A stretch of DNA of 64,000 nt from an uncultured virus (IMG/VR IMGVR_UViG_2850711898_000002). Its lineage: Duplodnaviria > Heunggongvirae > Uroviricota > Caudoviricetes. The DNA lies in the IMG/VR virus record IMGVR_UViG_2850711898_000002; one strand, given 5' to 3'. Positions 9,301-19,879 of this stretch are shown one piece after another. Position 1 is the first letter of the stretch; each line of letters opens with the position of its first letter. The notes beneath the pieces are model-generated. The model was given only the letters and a program-made list of their open reading frames with translations. It did no database searches and had not been told where the DNA came from. The translations under genes and the position numbers were made by a program.

Positions 9301-9673
9301 TACAGGTGATGGTGGGAAATACACGCCTGCTGGTATTGTACATAAGGGCGAATACGTCATAACAAAAGAAGCCACTGCTCGTTTGGGTCGTGGCTTTTTA
9401 GATCATCTTAATTACGGTTCTGTGCGTCGTGGTTTTGCTAATGGTGGTGGAGTCGGTGTACCAAGATTGCCCACTATGGCTTATCAACCTAAATCATCAG
9501 GGAATATAGCGGTTAAGGTGATTAATAACGGTGAACCTATGGATGCAACGGTAAGCCAACAATCAAGAAATGGACAACTTGAAATCACCGTGGAATTAGT
9601 GCGACAAATTGCGCAAGCGGAAGCGGGGACAATGTTGCAGAAGAATATGCGCCCTGGCGGATTGTTATCTTAG
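6332..9673 (+). CDS. Tape measure protein
   Basis: 1113 aa, Ala-rich; LMQFGQALGSGVFRGDEFNSVME; GFATGGYTG...HKGEYV. Confidence 0.93.
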   Translation: MSGLLGQLNIQLTLDQARFQQNLEKAQNRAKQFSVRSSQYLNNIEKAAQNLNNFTRGTFWAGFAGGRIAQLKNYADGYTEIQNKLRLVESASINSVRGLESVFDISLKTNQSIQATSGVYQRFAQNAEALKISQAQVASLTETVSKAVAISGASAKSAQAALMQFGQALGSGVFRGDEFNSVMEQTPGLAKAIADGLGVTTSELRNMAKEGKLTTDVLIPALERAKSSVDSQFGSRILTISAALENLSTATVKWVGETDNAIGVSRTAAEIINGFSHHLTVAATVMGTFGAAVGATKLNRFIAESRKQALVASEVAQAEVKRTAALRAEAQAEMSVIQLKITHARTEAELLAAKTLAEAQAKKLTIAINAEAAANKNLAIAKRNTSTAGRLLGSALGLVGGPIGALAVGLSLGAGYLLEWRQEAERAKETALAYSDNLEQVAHSLEKMNSVQLRAEQAKLEENIIARKQQIEELKKRYDNLTAAIKTYQVQSENNEGFSLVNYAEKIASAMREQAKITADLEEKQRLLNDAMGVSETISSQLATTTENETNAVLSNLGFELLRTDKNVQTFNSSMLIVANNATNVQPPLAGMMSKLLNVGDAAREGADGLLIFNQAYRDALSGKSPQALNIDDKTQAFIDRTKLQNEINNAKSKKDWVALNIRRDLGSAGITVKNDGYMAAYNALDEKYSKQWDDKQNRTQRKSAKSGENARDSWLNFYDEIRKKNSSSLGEIELEQARMFQRLEEHNKKGVVSYQEYETAKTAIAERFARQRLELAGKYAPEKLLKANRDDELKSIQELYEKGQINQSEAAKASNRVQFDYAQQMSQSAVDPLAQFRAQFDPNQELQNRQAQELAQLQAFNETKLLTEEEYQTRRQQIIDKFKNEQYQQEMGKYAQGLGELGGAFGDLASMVEQSAGKQSAAYKAMFAVSKAFAIAEATVKLSQAVSQALADPTAFTPAQKFANMAAVAAAGANVISQITSVGFATGGYTGDGGKYTPAGIVHKGEYVITKEATARLGRGFLDHLNYGSVRRGFANGGGVGVPRLPTMAYQPKSSGNIAVKVINNGEPMDATVSQQSRNGQLEITVELVRQIAQAEAGTMLQKNMRPGGLLS

Positions 9674-9681
9674 GAGTAAAC

Positions 9682-10017
9682 ATGGCATTAAAAACATTAT
9701 CTTGGTGTCCTCAGCCTAAATACACTGTAGAGGAAGAACCTAGACGAAAAGTGCTTAATTTTGGCGATGGTTATCAACAGCGGATGGCAGATGGCATTAA
9801 CTCGCTTTTGCGCAAATATTCAGTCACCTACAAACTCAAACACGAAGAAGCAGAGAAATTCAGAAATTTTATGAAAGAACACGGTGGTGTTCATCCATTT
9901 TATTTTAGGGATTCTGCACTTAATGGCGAGTTAGTGAAAGTGATATGTCCTAAGTTTCCTCGTCAAGTTGGCAAGGTTTACACAATATTTACTTGTGAGT
10001 TTGAAGAAGTTGTTTAA
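9682..10017 (+). CDS. Minor tail protein M-like
   Basis: FGDGYQQR..DGIN motif. Confidence 0.88.
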   Translation: MALKTLSWCPQPKYTVEEEPRRKVLNFGDGYQQRMADGINSLLRKYSVTYKLKHEEAEKFRNFMKEHGGVHPFYFRDSALNGELVKVICPKFPRQVGKVYTIFTCEFEEVV

Positions 10018-10068
10018 TCACAATGATAAAACCGCACTTTTTATGTGCGGTTTTTATTGGAGAATAAT

Positions 10069-10719
10069 ATGAATATTTACGGACAACTGCAACAATACGC
10101 CTCTCATGGTTGGATAGAATTATTTGAACTCGATCTCACTAAATTTGGCGATATTGTTTATCGTTTCCACGATGGATTAAGTCCATTAGGTCAAGCTATT
10201 GTGTGGCAAGGGCTGGAATATACACCTTATCCAGTCAAAGCTGAGGGATTTGCAGTTGATGGGTTAAATCCTGTTAGACCAAGGATTACATTTTCCAATT
10301 TAGGTGGGGCGATTACATTAGTCTTGGCAAAATTAAAAGGCATTGAGGGCGCTCGACTTACTCGCAAACGAACGAAAATAATCTATCTTGATGCGGTAAA
10401 TTTTGAAAACGGCAATTTGACTGCCGACCCAAACGCACATTTACCCGATGATATATTTTATATATCGCAAAAAACATCGGAAGACCATTTAACGGTTAGT
10501 TTCGAGTTATTACCCGCTACTGATTTAGAGGGGGTTAAATTACCCCGTAGGCAGATTGTGGCTCAATATTGCACTCATAAATATAAGGGGCAGTTTTGCG
10601 GATATACAGGCGATAAAGCAACTTGCTCTAAAACGCTTGCTGACTGTAAAGCACATTTTGGTGAGCACTCAGAACTACCTTTTGGTGGTTTCCCAAGTGC
10701 GGCATATATGAGGATTTAA
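10069..10719 (+). CDS. Minor tail protein L-like
   Basis: IELFELD, C-terminal Cys cluster, LPFGGFP. Confidence 0.88.
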   Translation: MNIYGQLQQYASHGWIELFELDLTKFGDIVYRFHDGLSPLGQAIVWQGLEYTPYPVKAEGFAVDGLNPVRPRITFSNLGGAITLVLAKLKGIEGARLTRKRTKIIYLDAVNFENGNLTADPNAHLPDDIFYISQKTSEDHLTVSFELLPATDLEGVKLPRRQIVAQYCTHKYKGQFCGYTGDKATCSKTLADCKAHFGEHSELPFGGFPSAAYMRI

Positions 10720-10720
10720 A

Positions 10721-11428
10721 ATGAAACATATTGATGATGCAATAGCACACGCCAAACAAAGTTATCCGCACGAAAGTTGCGGTTTTTTTGTGCTTAAAAA
10801 TGGCAAATTGCAGTATGTCGCCTGTACCAATTTAGCGGCAGAAACAGAAGATGAGTTTTTGATTGGCGTAGAAGATTATGCCAGAGCGGAAGGAGTGGGG
10901 GAAATTAGAACCGTTGTTCATTCCCATCCAGACGAGAGCTGTTTACCAAGCATTGCAGATCAAGATGCACATAAAATAAGTGGATTAGAATGGTGCATTA
11001 TTGGACTAGAAGGCGATGAGGTATCTACGCATTTTATGCCTGCACTTACAGAGGTGCCTGATTTGTATGGGCGTAAGTTTATCCATGGCATGACTGACTG
11101 CTACGGATTTGTGCGTGATTGGTATCGCCAAGAACTGGGTATTAATCTCCCAAACTACAATCGCATAGATGGCTGGTGGGATAATGGTGGCAATCTCTAT
11201 GTTGATAACTTTGAGGACGCGGGATTTTATCCAGTCAAAGACTTAAAAATAGGCGACATGATTGTGATGCAAATTAACGCAAATGTACCTAATCATGCTG
11301 GTGTTTATCTTGGTGATGGTTTAATTGGCCATCACCTATACGGACGACTATCAAGTAAGGATGTATATGGACAATTCTACCGCGAACGAACAACGCACAT
11401 CATGCGACATAAGGAAAATACGCCTTAA
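10721..11428 (+). CDS. Tail tip protein K (JAB + NlpC/P60)
   Basis: YPHESCG, VHSHP, DCYG, NHAGVY. Confidence 0.9.
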   Translation: MKHIDDAIAHAKQSYPHESCGFFVLKNGKLQYVACTNLAAETEDEFLIGVEDYARAEGVGEIRTVVHSHPDESCLPSIADQDAHKISGLEWCIIGLEGDEVSTHFMPALTEVPDLYGRKFIHGMTDCYGFVRDWYRQELGINLPNYNRIDGWWDNGGNLYVDNFEDAGFYPVKDLKIGDMIVMQINANVPNHAGVYLGDGLIGHHLYGRLSSKDVYGQFYRERTTHIMRHKENTP

Positions 11429-12086
11429 AGGCGAGTTAGGCAAACGCTTTGGTAAAGTCCATAAGCTGGCAGTAAAAACACCAGCGGAAGCCATCCGAGC
11501 CTTATGTGTTTTAAAAAGAGGATTTAAAGAGTTTCTCTTAGAATCTGAAAAACACGGAATAGTTTATCGGTTCTTGGTGCAGAGAGAAGAGCTGACAACA
11601 TCATCTGATGAATTTCAAATGTGGTATGGCGCTCAAGCCGAATTTCATCTTATTCCTATCATTAGGGGTTCTAAGCGGGGTGGATTCTTTCAGCTCATAG
11701 CGGGGGCTGCGATGATTGGTCTTGCATTTTGGAACCCTTTAGGATGGGCTACTATAGGCGGTACAGGCTTTTTAAGCAGCGCGGCAACCTTGCCACTTAC
11801 GATTGGTGCATCACTTGTACTTGGCGGCATCAGCCAATTACTCGTCCCTGTGCCAAAAGTAAGCGGGCCACAAGAACGTCCAGAGAATAAGCCGTCTTAT
11901 TTATTTAATGGTGCAGTAAATACAACCGAGCAGGGACAACCTATTCCATTATTATATGGGGAATTAATAGTTGGATCTGCTGTTGTATCGGCAGGTCTTA
12001 CCGATAAAGAAATTCCTATCAGAACAAACTCTACATCAAACAATGAGACTAGAGGAAAACTTAAATTTAAACGAGTTTCGGGGTGA
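11361..12086 (+). CDS. Tail assembly protein I-like (start uncertain)
   Basis: IRLKGELGKRFG, NTTEQGQPIPLLYGE. Confidence 0.85.
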   Translation: MYMDNSTANEQRTSCDIRKIRLKGELGKRFGKVHKLAVKTPAEAIRALCVLKRGFKEFLLESEKHGIVYRFLVQREELTTSSDEFQMWYGAQAEFHLIPIIRGSKRGGFFQLIAGAAMIGLAFWNPLGWATIGGTGFLSSAATLPLTIGASLVLGGISQLLVPVPKVSGPQERPENKPSYLFNGAVNTTEQGQPIPLLYGELIVGSAVVSAGLTDKEIPIRTNSTSNNETRGKLKFKRVSG

Positions 12087-12089
12087 TAA

Positions 12090-13488
12090 ATGCAGATAGT
12101 TGGTAGAAAAGGCGGTGGGAAAGGCGGTAGAGCACCAGTTGAAGCGCCCGACTCGCTAAAATCTTGCTCTTATGCAAAATTTATTGATGTTATTTCTTGT
12201 GGCGAAATTGAAGGACCGGTAAATGGACTGAACTCAGTTTACTTTGGTGATGTACAGTTACAAGATGAAAAAGGCAAATTCAATTTTAATAATGTTGCTA
12301 TTGAGTGGCGACCTGGAAGTGTGAGACAAGCACCGTCAGAAATTTGCCAAACCAATGAAGTGACAACAGATGTTAATACCGAAGTAAAAAAAGACAAACC
12401 TATCACCCGCTCTATTATTGCACCAGAAGCAGATATTGTTAGAGTAACTATTACTGTGCCTGGATTAAGTCATCAAAATAAAAGTAATGGTGATATTAAT
12501 GGAACAAAAGTTGAGTTAAAAGTTGAATATCAAGCTAACGGTAGCCACTGGATAGATGCAGGCAATATCGTTATCGAGGGTAAAACCACATCATCATATA
12601 ATCGCGAACATAGCTTTAGATTAACAGGCGAAGCTCCCTGGAATATAAAAGTGACACGGTTAACTGATGATTCAGATAGCCAGGCTTTACAAAACAAAAC
12701 CATTTTTTCAAAAATCACAACGGTTTTTGAGGAAAAATTAACTTATCCTGGCGTGGCATATGTCGGCGTGCAAATAGACGCTGAGCAATTTAGCTCAATA
12801 CCATCTCGTGGGTATCATTGCCGTGGCATCAAACTAAAAGTGCCCTCAAACTACAATCCAGAAACTCGAGAATATAGCGGTGATTGGGATGGTACATTTA
12901 TTGTCAAATACTCAAATAACCCTGTTTGGATTTATTTTGATTTACTCACTAACGAGGAATATGGGGCAGGGGAATACATCAAAGAAGATATGCTAGATAA
13001 ATGGTCGATGTACCAAATAGCGAAATATTGCGACGAATTAGTCCCTGATGGATTTGGTGGCCGTGAACCTCGCTTTACCTGCAATGTTTACATCCAAACC
13101 AAACAAGAAGCCTTTAAGCTGTTACGAGATTTAACATCGGTATTTAGAGCAATGAGTTATTGGAGTAGCGGTACTCAAATGCTCGTCCAAGACTCACCCA
13201 AAGAGCCTATTTATCAGTTTAATAATACCAATGTTATCGGCGGTAAATTCAGCCGCTCAGGCTCGAATATTAAAACTCGTCACAATGTTGTATTAGTGAC
13301 GTGGAACGACCCGAAAAAGTACTTTAAACAATCTGTAGAGTACATCGAGGACTCGGAGGCGATTGTTAAGATGGGGTACATATCCCAAACGGAAGTTGTG
13401 GCGTTCGGCTGTACATCGAGAGGGCAAGCGAGACGACTAGGGAAATGGCTACTTTATACTGAGCAATACGAAAGCGAAGTTATTACGT
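12090..13488 (+). pseudogene. Host-specificity/tip attachment protein J, truncated after ~466 aa
   Basis: GRKGGGKG, GEIEGPV, EPRFTCN, GCTSRGQARR; J-like sequence stops at ESEVIT where ICE sequence begins. Confidence 0.88.
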
Positions 13489-14820
13489 GTTGCAGAAGAT
13501 GTAGATGAAAGTAGTTTGAATTATGCTGAGATTAAGGCACTTGCTACTGGTGATCCAAAGATAAAAGAAAAGATGGATTTGGATAATGAAGTTACGAAAC
13601 TTAAAATGCTTGAAGCAAACTACAAGTCCAATCGATATAGATTAGAGGATAAGGTTGCAAAGATATATCCTGAAGAAATAGCAAGGACTGAAAAGCTAAT
13701 TAAAGCAGTGCAAAATGATATTGAAAATGTTGAGCCACAAGGAAGTGGTGAAAATAAATTTACTTCTATAACTATTAATGGCGAGATAATTCGAGATAAA
13801 AAGATCGCTGGAGAAAAGCTCTTAGAAGCGATTAAAGGCGTAAAAATTAATGAAAGTAAGGTCATAGGACAGTACCGAAATATGGATTTAGAGGTAAGCT
13901 ATAACTTCTTTACCAATGAGCATAATTTCAATTTAAAAGGTGCTGCAAACCATTCGGGAGAGCTTGGTACAAGTGCAGATGGTAATATTACAAGATTAGA
14001 TAATGCTATTGATAAAATGCCTGAAAGGTTAAATCGTCTTGAAGAAAAACTCATTAGCACAAAGGAACAACTGGAAAATGCCAAAGAGGAACTGAAAAAG
14101 CCTTTTGAAAAAGCAGATGAGCTAAAGACAAAAGTATTAAGACTTGCAGAATTAAACAAGCTACTTGATATGGGAGAAGTAGAAGAAAAAGAAAATCCTA
14201 ATCCATTACTTGAAGATGTAAAGAGGGCTATTGTAGATTTTTGCAAAAGGGAATATGAAGATGATAGTTATACCTATGAAAAATTTAGTAATCTATTTCC
14301 TGACCTTGCCCATATTGGAATTGCATATACTACTACACCAGATGAAAAGCATGAAATTCAATATGAAATTAGCTTAGAAGATTTTACAGCTACTCAATAT
14401 ATCAATGGAGAACCAATCACAAAGATTGATTATCTCAAAGACCTTGGAAGTGAAGAAAAGGCATTGGAATTTCTAAAACAAGAAATGGAATATGGAGACT
14501 TTGGAGAGTTTGTATCTATTGATGATAATGACCTTAAAAAAGCATTAGGTCTTGAAAGAGATGACAATGGTAATATCTATGATCCGCTTGCAAAAGATTT
14601 GGATAATGATGGTGTGCCAGATAGATACGATAATGACTTTAGAGACAGTGACTACTTTGAAACTACTTATGATGTAGAGGATAATATTCACACAAGGGCA
14701 GAAAGCAAAGAAAAGGTATCTGAAAAGCAGTCTATCTTAGGACAGATTAAGTCATATCAGTCAGAAGAAAAACAAGCAGAAACACGAGAAAATAAATCAA
14801 AAGAACATGATGAACGTTAA
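13486..14820 (+). pseudogene. C-terminal remnant of the large ICE SNF2-like helicase/methylase
   Basis: RVAEDVDESSLNYAEIKALATGDPKIKEKMDLD in frame from 13486; N-terminal part missing. Confidence 0.8.
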
Positions 14821-14872
14821 GGGGCTTTTTACAAGCTCCTTTTTACTTTTGTAGAAACTATGGAGGTATATT

Positions 14873-15465
14873 ATGAACTACAAAGAAATGAGAAATACAC
14901 TAGAACAAATGTCAAACGAAAATCACGAAGATTTTGCAAAGGCACTAATTAGTTTTGAAAAGGGAATCAATGATAAAGATGCCTTGGACAAGTTATACCA
15001 GGAATATATGGATAATGATAGTATGAGCTTACTCAATGATAAGTTTGATTATTTGATTGATGAACTTAGAGAAAATGGACAGATTAAAGATAGTGTAGCA
15101 ATTGAAAAAGAAGACAATGATCTGGTGAATATTGTTGGAATATCGTAGGTGAGGTTGAAACAATTGAAAGAGAAAATAAGAATGGAGAAGCCTTTAAAGT
15201 AGTTAATTTCTCGGTTGTGTCAAAAGATGATGAGGGAAATAAGATTTACACTAATTGCTCAGCTTATGGGGATAGGGGAGATATTCCAAAGAACTTTAAG
15301 CAAGGAGACTTTGTAAAGCTTTTTGGACAGGTGAGATCATCCATTGACGATAACGGAAAGGAACATACTAATGTTAGAATACTATCGTCTAAGCTTTTAA
15401 AAGCAAAAGAACAGATGAAGAAGCAAGAAGAAAAGAAAGAATCTTCAAAGGAAACGGAGAGATAG
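14873..15465 (+). pseudogene. ICE SSB/OB-fold-like protein, frameshifted near 15140
   Basis: Restoring one A in GGAAT joins NIVG to NIVGEVETIERENKNGEAFKVVNFSVVSKDDEG. Confidence 0.6.
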
Positions 15466-15471
15466 AATATG

Positions 15472-15503
15472 TCGGTGTGGTCTTAGGGCTGCACCGATTT
15501 TTT
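15472..15503 (+). terminator. Intrinsic terminator
   Basis: TCGGTGTGG...CTGCACCGA followed by a T run. Confidence 0.65.
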
Positions 15504-15611
15504 ATTGCAAAATTAGTTCGAGAAAAAAGAAGATAATACTATTAAAAGTTCTATTATTATGCTATAATAGAAACGATGTGATATTAGGATGGATAAGACT
15601 GGAGGATAATC

Positions 15612-15842
15612 ATGTCAAAACTAAGCTATAAAAAATTATTTAAGAAATTAATAGATATAGAAATGAAAAATACTGAGCTTATGAAAAAAGCCAAAGTAAG
15701 TAAAAGTACATTCTACAAAATAAAAAATGGCGAAAATGTTACTACTGATGTATTGCTAAGGATATGTGATGTATTGGAATGCGATATTTCGGAAATTGTA
15801 GAGTGTGTAAGTATTGAAGATGGAGGAAAAACGGGTGTCTAA
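15612..15842 (+). CDS. Cro/C1-type HTH regulator, possible RM controller
   Basis: LSYKKLFKKLID...ICDVLECDISEIVE. Confidence 0.85.
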   Translation: MSKLSYKKLFKKLIDIEMKNTELMKKAKVSKSTFYKIKNGENVTTDVLLRICDVLECDISEIVECVSIEDGGKTGV

Positions 15843-16896
15843 GTTTACAGTTATAGATTTATTTTCAGGAGCTGGTGGGCTATCCAAAGGATTTTTAGAC
15901 GCTGGTTTTGATGTTATTTTAGGAATTGATTTTGATGATAGTGCATTGAAAACTTTTGAAAATAATCATGGCAAAGCTAAAGCATTAAAATTGGATTTAT
16001 TTAATCTTGATAATATTAATTATATAATTTCAGAGTTTGGTAGAGAACATAATACACTTGATGTATTAGTTGGTGGGCCGCCTTGTCAAGGCTTTTCTTT
16101 AGCTGGTAAAAGAGAAGAAGATGATAAAAGAAATATGTTATATAAAGCGATGGTTAAATTGGCGGAAAGAATGAAGCCAAGAGCTGTTGTATTAGAAAAT
16201 GTTCCTGGAATGCTAACACTTTATGATGGTGCTGGCAAAAAAAGAATATTTAATGATTTTGAAAAGCTTGGTTATAAAATGTCAGTGAAAGTTTTATATG
16301 CACCTGAATATGGTGTTCCACAAATACGTAAAAGAGCTTTTTTTGTAGGGCTATTGAATTCTAAGGAAGAGTTTACATTTCCAGAGCCTATTCTTTCCTC
16401 AGAAAATTTTGTTGCTTGTGAAGATGCAATAGGAGACTTACCATCTTTAGAAGGTATTTATGGCGATGAGATACAGGAATATGAATGTAGTCCACAAACA
16501 AAATATCAAGCTGAAATGAGAAAAAATTCAACTAAATTATATAACAATATAGGAACAATTCATTCGGCAAAAACAGTGAAGATGATTTCTCTTGTGCCAG
16601 AAGGGAAAAATTATAAAGCTTTACCAGAAGAATATAGAAATATGTATAAATATAATGAAGCATTAACACGATATCATAGCAAGAAACCTTCATTAACTAT
16701 AAATACTGGGCATAGATCACATTTTCACTACAAATATAATAGAATACCGACGGTAAGAGAGAGTGCGAGGTTACAGTCTTTCCCAGACGATTTTATTTTT
16801 TATGGGAATAAATCCGAACAATATAAGCAAGTTGGGAATGCAGTACCACCTAAATTGGGGTATGCTATTGCAAAAAAACTCAAGGAATATTTATAG
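15835..16896 (+). CDS. C5-cytosine DNA methyltransferase M1
   Basis: DLFSGAGG, GGPPCQGFS, ENV, GVPQ.R.R, QVGNAV. Confidence 0.95.
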   Translation: MSKFTVIDLFSGAGGLSKGFLDAGFDVILGIDFDDSALKTFENNHGKAKALKLDLFNLDNINYIISEFGREHNTLDVLVGGPPCQGFSLAGKREEDDKRNMLYKAMVKLAERMKPRAVVLENVPGMLTLYDGAGKKRIFNDFEKLGYKMSVKVLYAPEYGVPQIRKRAFFVGLLNSKEEFTFPEPILSSENFVACEDAIGDLPSLEGIYGDEIQEYECSPQTKYQAEMRKNSTKLYNNIGTIHSAKTVKMISLVPEGKNYKALPEEYRNMYKYNEALTRYHSKKPSLTINTGHRSHFHYKYNRIPTVRESARLQSFPDDFIFYGNKSEQYKQVGNAVPPKLGYAIAKKLKEYL

Positions 16897-16914
16897 AGAA
16901 AGGCTAACAGTAGT

Positions 16915-18138
16915 ATGCAAAAATATAAATTTATAGACTTATTCGCTGGTTGTGGTGGACTGGAAGATGGATTTATGCAAACTGGTGATTATGAGTGCAT
17001 ATCGTCAGTTGAATGGCTGAAGCCACAAGTAGATACGCTAAGGTATAGATTAAAAAATAAATATAATATATTAGATGCGGATGAATCTGTACTACACTTT
17101 GATATACAGAGAGAAGATGAACTATTTAATGGTTGGAGTAACGATGAGAACTTTGGTTCCTCTTTGGGGCTAGATCATTATGTTAAAAAATCAAATGGTG
17201 TAGACTTAATTATAGGCGGACCACCTTGTCAAGCTTATTCAATTGCAGGTAGAGTTAGGGACGAAAATGGAATGCGAAACGATTATAGAAATTATCTTTT
17301 CGAACATTATCTATCCGTTGTAAAAAGATATAAGCCCAAAGTATTTGTATTTGAAAATGTACCTGGAATATTAAGTGCAAAGCCAAATGACAAAAAGATA
17401 ACTGAAATAATTGAAGAAGAGTTTAAAAAAAGCGGATATGTAATCAGCAATAAGATACAGAAGTATGGGGTTGTTGATGCTTCTAAATATGGAGTACCTC
17501 AAAGGCGAAAAAGGGTGATTTTACTTGGCGTTAGAAAGGATTTGGATTCTTTAGACTCTATATATGATAAGATTGATGATTTTTATAATGTAATTCTACC
17601 TAAATATCAACAGAAAGAGGTGACGGTGGGAGAAGCAATAGATGATCTGCCTAAAATCAGTCCTATCTGGGATGAGGAAAAAAGAACGAATAAAAAAGCA
17701 TATACTTATCAAGAAGGGATAAATTGGCATATACCTCGTTACCATAATTTGAGAGATATGGATATTTACAAAATGTTGGCTGAAGATATTGAGACTGGTG
17801 AAAAGAAATATACCAACGCTGCGGCTATTACTAAAATATATGAACAAAAAGTTGGATCTAAGTCATCGATACATAGATACCATGTTTTGAGAAAGGATGA
17901 GCCTAGTACGACAATCATTGCTCATTTATATAAGGATGGTAATAGATTTATCCACTACGATTCATCCCAAGCTAGAAGTATTACACCACGTGAAGCAGCA
18001 CGACTTCAATCATTTGACGATGATTTTAACTTTATTGGGTCGCAAGGAAGTGTATATCAAATGATTGGTAATGCTGTACCACCCAAATTAGCTTTAGCAA
18101 TAGGTAAAGCTGTAAAAGAGTTTTTAGATAATCTATAG
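16915..18138 (+). CDS. C5-cytosine DNA methyltransferase M2
   Basis: DLFAGCGG, GGPPCQAYS, FENV, MIGNAV. Confidence 0.95.
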   Translation: MQKYKFIDLFAGCGGLEDGFMQTGDYECISSVEWLKPQVDTLRYRLKNKYNILDADESVLHFDIQREDELFNGWSNDENFGSSLGLDHYVKKSNGVDLIIGGPPCQAYSIAGRVRDENGMRNDYRNYLFEHYLSVVKRYKPKVFVFENVPGILSAKPNDKKITEIIEEEFKKSGYVISNKIQKYGVVDASKYGVPQRRKRVILLGVRKDLDSLDSIYDKIDDFYNVILPKYQQKEVTVGEAIDDLPKISPIWDEEKRTNKKAYTYQEGINWHIPRYHNLRDMDIYKMLAEDIETGEKKYTNAAAITKIYEQKVGSKSSIHRYHVLRKDEPSTTIIAHLYKDGNRFIHYDSSQARSITPREAARLQSFDDDFNFIGSQGSVYQMIGNAVPPKLALAIGKAVKEFLDNL

Positions 18139-18151
18139 AGAGGAGATTAAC

Positions 18152-19864
18152 ATGTTCCATTATTTATATACAAATGATATGAGGGTATCTAATTTAGAAG
18201 AAAAAGCTACATCATTTGCAAAAATGTTCTTAACAGATTCAGTTCCATCAGCTAGTGAAGATAAATCTACAAATAATAATGCTAATACAATTGGATTTTA
18301 TTTAAACCTTATCAATAAAGGCAACAGTGCGAAACTAGCAGCTAAGGGTGATGTTAGAAGTGTTGTGCTTAATTTTATTAAAACATTTCAATTTCCAAAT
18401 CCAAGGACAAAAGAAAGTTTTGAAAACGCAGTTAGTGATGGCATTAAATTAGCTCCGATGCGTGAAATTATTAAAATACTTTTTATTTACTACCAAATGA
18501 ACTCTGGAGAAGTTTATTTAACAAAAGATGAAATAGTAAACTTTATTTTTTACAATAAAAATATAGCTTTGCAAATTGATGCCAATAGGATTCAACTGAT
18601 AAAACAAATTGAGGAATATAGGACGACTAAAAATTTGCCTTCAAATATTGCTCCAACTAGTGAAAGAATTTGGAAGCATCAGGATAGGCAAATTAATGAA
18701 TTATTGAGCGTTATTGAATGGTCAGAATTTATTGAGGTTAAGTCTGACAAGGTATTTTTTATAGTACCTACAAAAGATGATAGTAAGTATAAGTCTGAAC
18801 TATTGGATATTATCGTGTTTGATAAGTTTTGGAATTTCAATGTTCAAGACAATATTTCAGATTTAAAATCTAGTTATTTTGAATATTGTGATGAACAGAT
18901 AAGCGTCGAAAATATTGAATTTGAGAATTACAATGACATTCAATGTAACAAGCTAAACAGAAATATTCAAAATATATACTTTGGAGCACCTGGAACAGGA
19001 AAAAGTTATGGAGTGGATAAGTTAATAAGAAATTGCTATCCGGACATTGAGAATAAAGATAATCCATTTGTTTTTAAAACAACCATTTATTCAGACTATT
19101 CATATTACAACTTTATAGGAAATATTATGCCGACATCAAAAAATGGTGAAATCAGATATGACTTTAAGGCGGGTATTTTTTCACAAGCACTCGCAATGGC
19201 ATTTGAATATAGTGACAAGGAAATCTTTTTAATTGTTGAAGAAATGTCAAGAGGCAACATTGCAAGTATATTCGGTGATATTTTTCAATTATTAGATAGA
19301 GACGAGAACGGAGTTAGCGAATACTCAATTAATAATGATTTGATAATTCAACATTTTGATGAAAAAGGTATTAATATCGGTAAAAAAATATTCTTACCAA
19401 GGAATTTTCATATAATAGGAATAGTTAATACAAGTGACCAAAATGTAAACGTAATAGATACAGCGTTTAAAAGAAGATTTGGATTTGTATATGTTGATGT
19501 AAGTCCTGTTGGAATAATCATGAACGAATATGTGTTTACTCTAGCAAATAAGGAATTTGAATGGAATAAATTGTACATGTCATTAAATGAACTTATAACT
19601 ACAAAATTAGAACTTAGTGAAGATAAACAAATTGGACAGTTCTTCATTAAATTTAATAATTATAGTAATGATGAACAAAAATTTGCTGCAATACAAAATA
19701 AACTATTGCATTACCTATGGGATGATGTACAAGGTGCAGTTATTTCTGATGAGTATAAGATATTTAATAAAGAATACAAAACATTCTCTTCCCTATATAA
19801 AGATTTTGGTGAGAAACTTAATGTATTTAGTGAAGAACTAATTGATTTATATGATAAACAATAA
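18152..19864 (+). CDS. McrB-like AAA+ GTPase subunit (LlaJI R1-like)
   Basis: GAPGTGKS, IVEEMSRGN, NTSD McrB signature, DTAFKRRF. Confidence 0.85.
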   Translation: MFHYLYTNDMRVSNLEEKATSFAKMFLTDSVPSASEDKSTNNNANTIGFYLNLINKGNSAKLAAKGDVRSVVLNFIKTFQFPNPRTKESFENAVSDGIKLAPMREIIKILFIYYQMNSGEVYLTKDEIVNFIFYNKNIALQIDANRIQLIKQIEEYRTTKNLPSNIAPTSERIWKHQDRQINELLSVIEWSEFIEVKSDKVFFIVPTKDDSKYKSELLDIIVFDKFWNFNVQDNISDLKSSYFEYCDEQISVENIEFENYNDIQCNKLNRNIQNIYFGAPGTGKSYGVDKLIRNCYPDIENKDNPFVFKTTIYSDYSYYNFIGNIMPTSKNGEIRYDFKAGIFSQALAMAFEYSDKEIFLIVEEMSRGNIASIFGDIFQLLDRDENGVSEYSINNDLIIQHFDEKGINIGKKIFLPRNFHIIGIVNTSDQNVNVIDTAFKRRFGFVYVDVSPVGIIMNEYVFTLANKEFEWNKLYMSLNELITTKLELSEDKQIGQFFIKFNNYSNDEQKFAAIQNKLLHYLWDDVQGAVISDEYKIFNKEYKTFSSLYKDFGEKLNVFSEELIDLYDKQ

Positions 19865-19879
19865 TTGTAGAGGTGCGAA

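Larger units (their letters stand above)
1..13488 (+). mobile_element. Lambda-like (siphovirus) Pasteurellaceae prophage, head-tail late operon, truncated in J
   Basis: Gene order capsid, FII-like, Z, U, tube, G/GT, TMP, M, L, K, I, J; Haemophilus uptake sequence AAGTGCGGT at 1485/1501, 3768, 4343, 8815, 10030. Confidence 0.93.
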
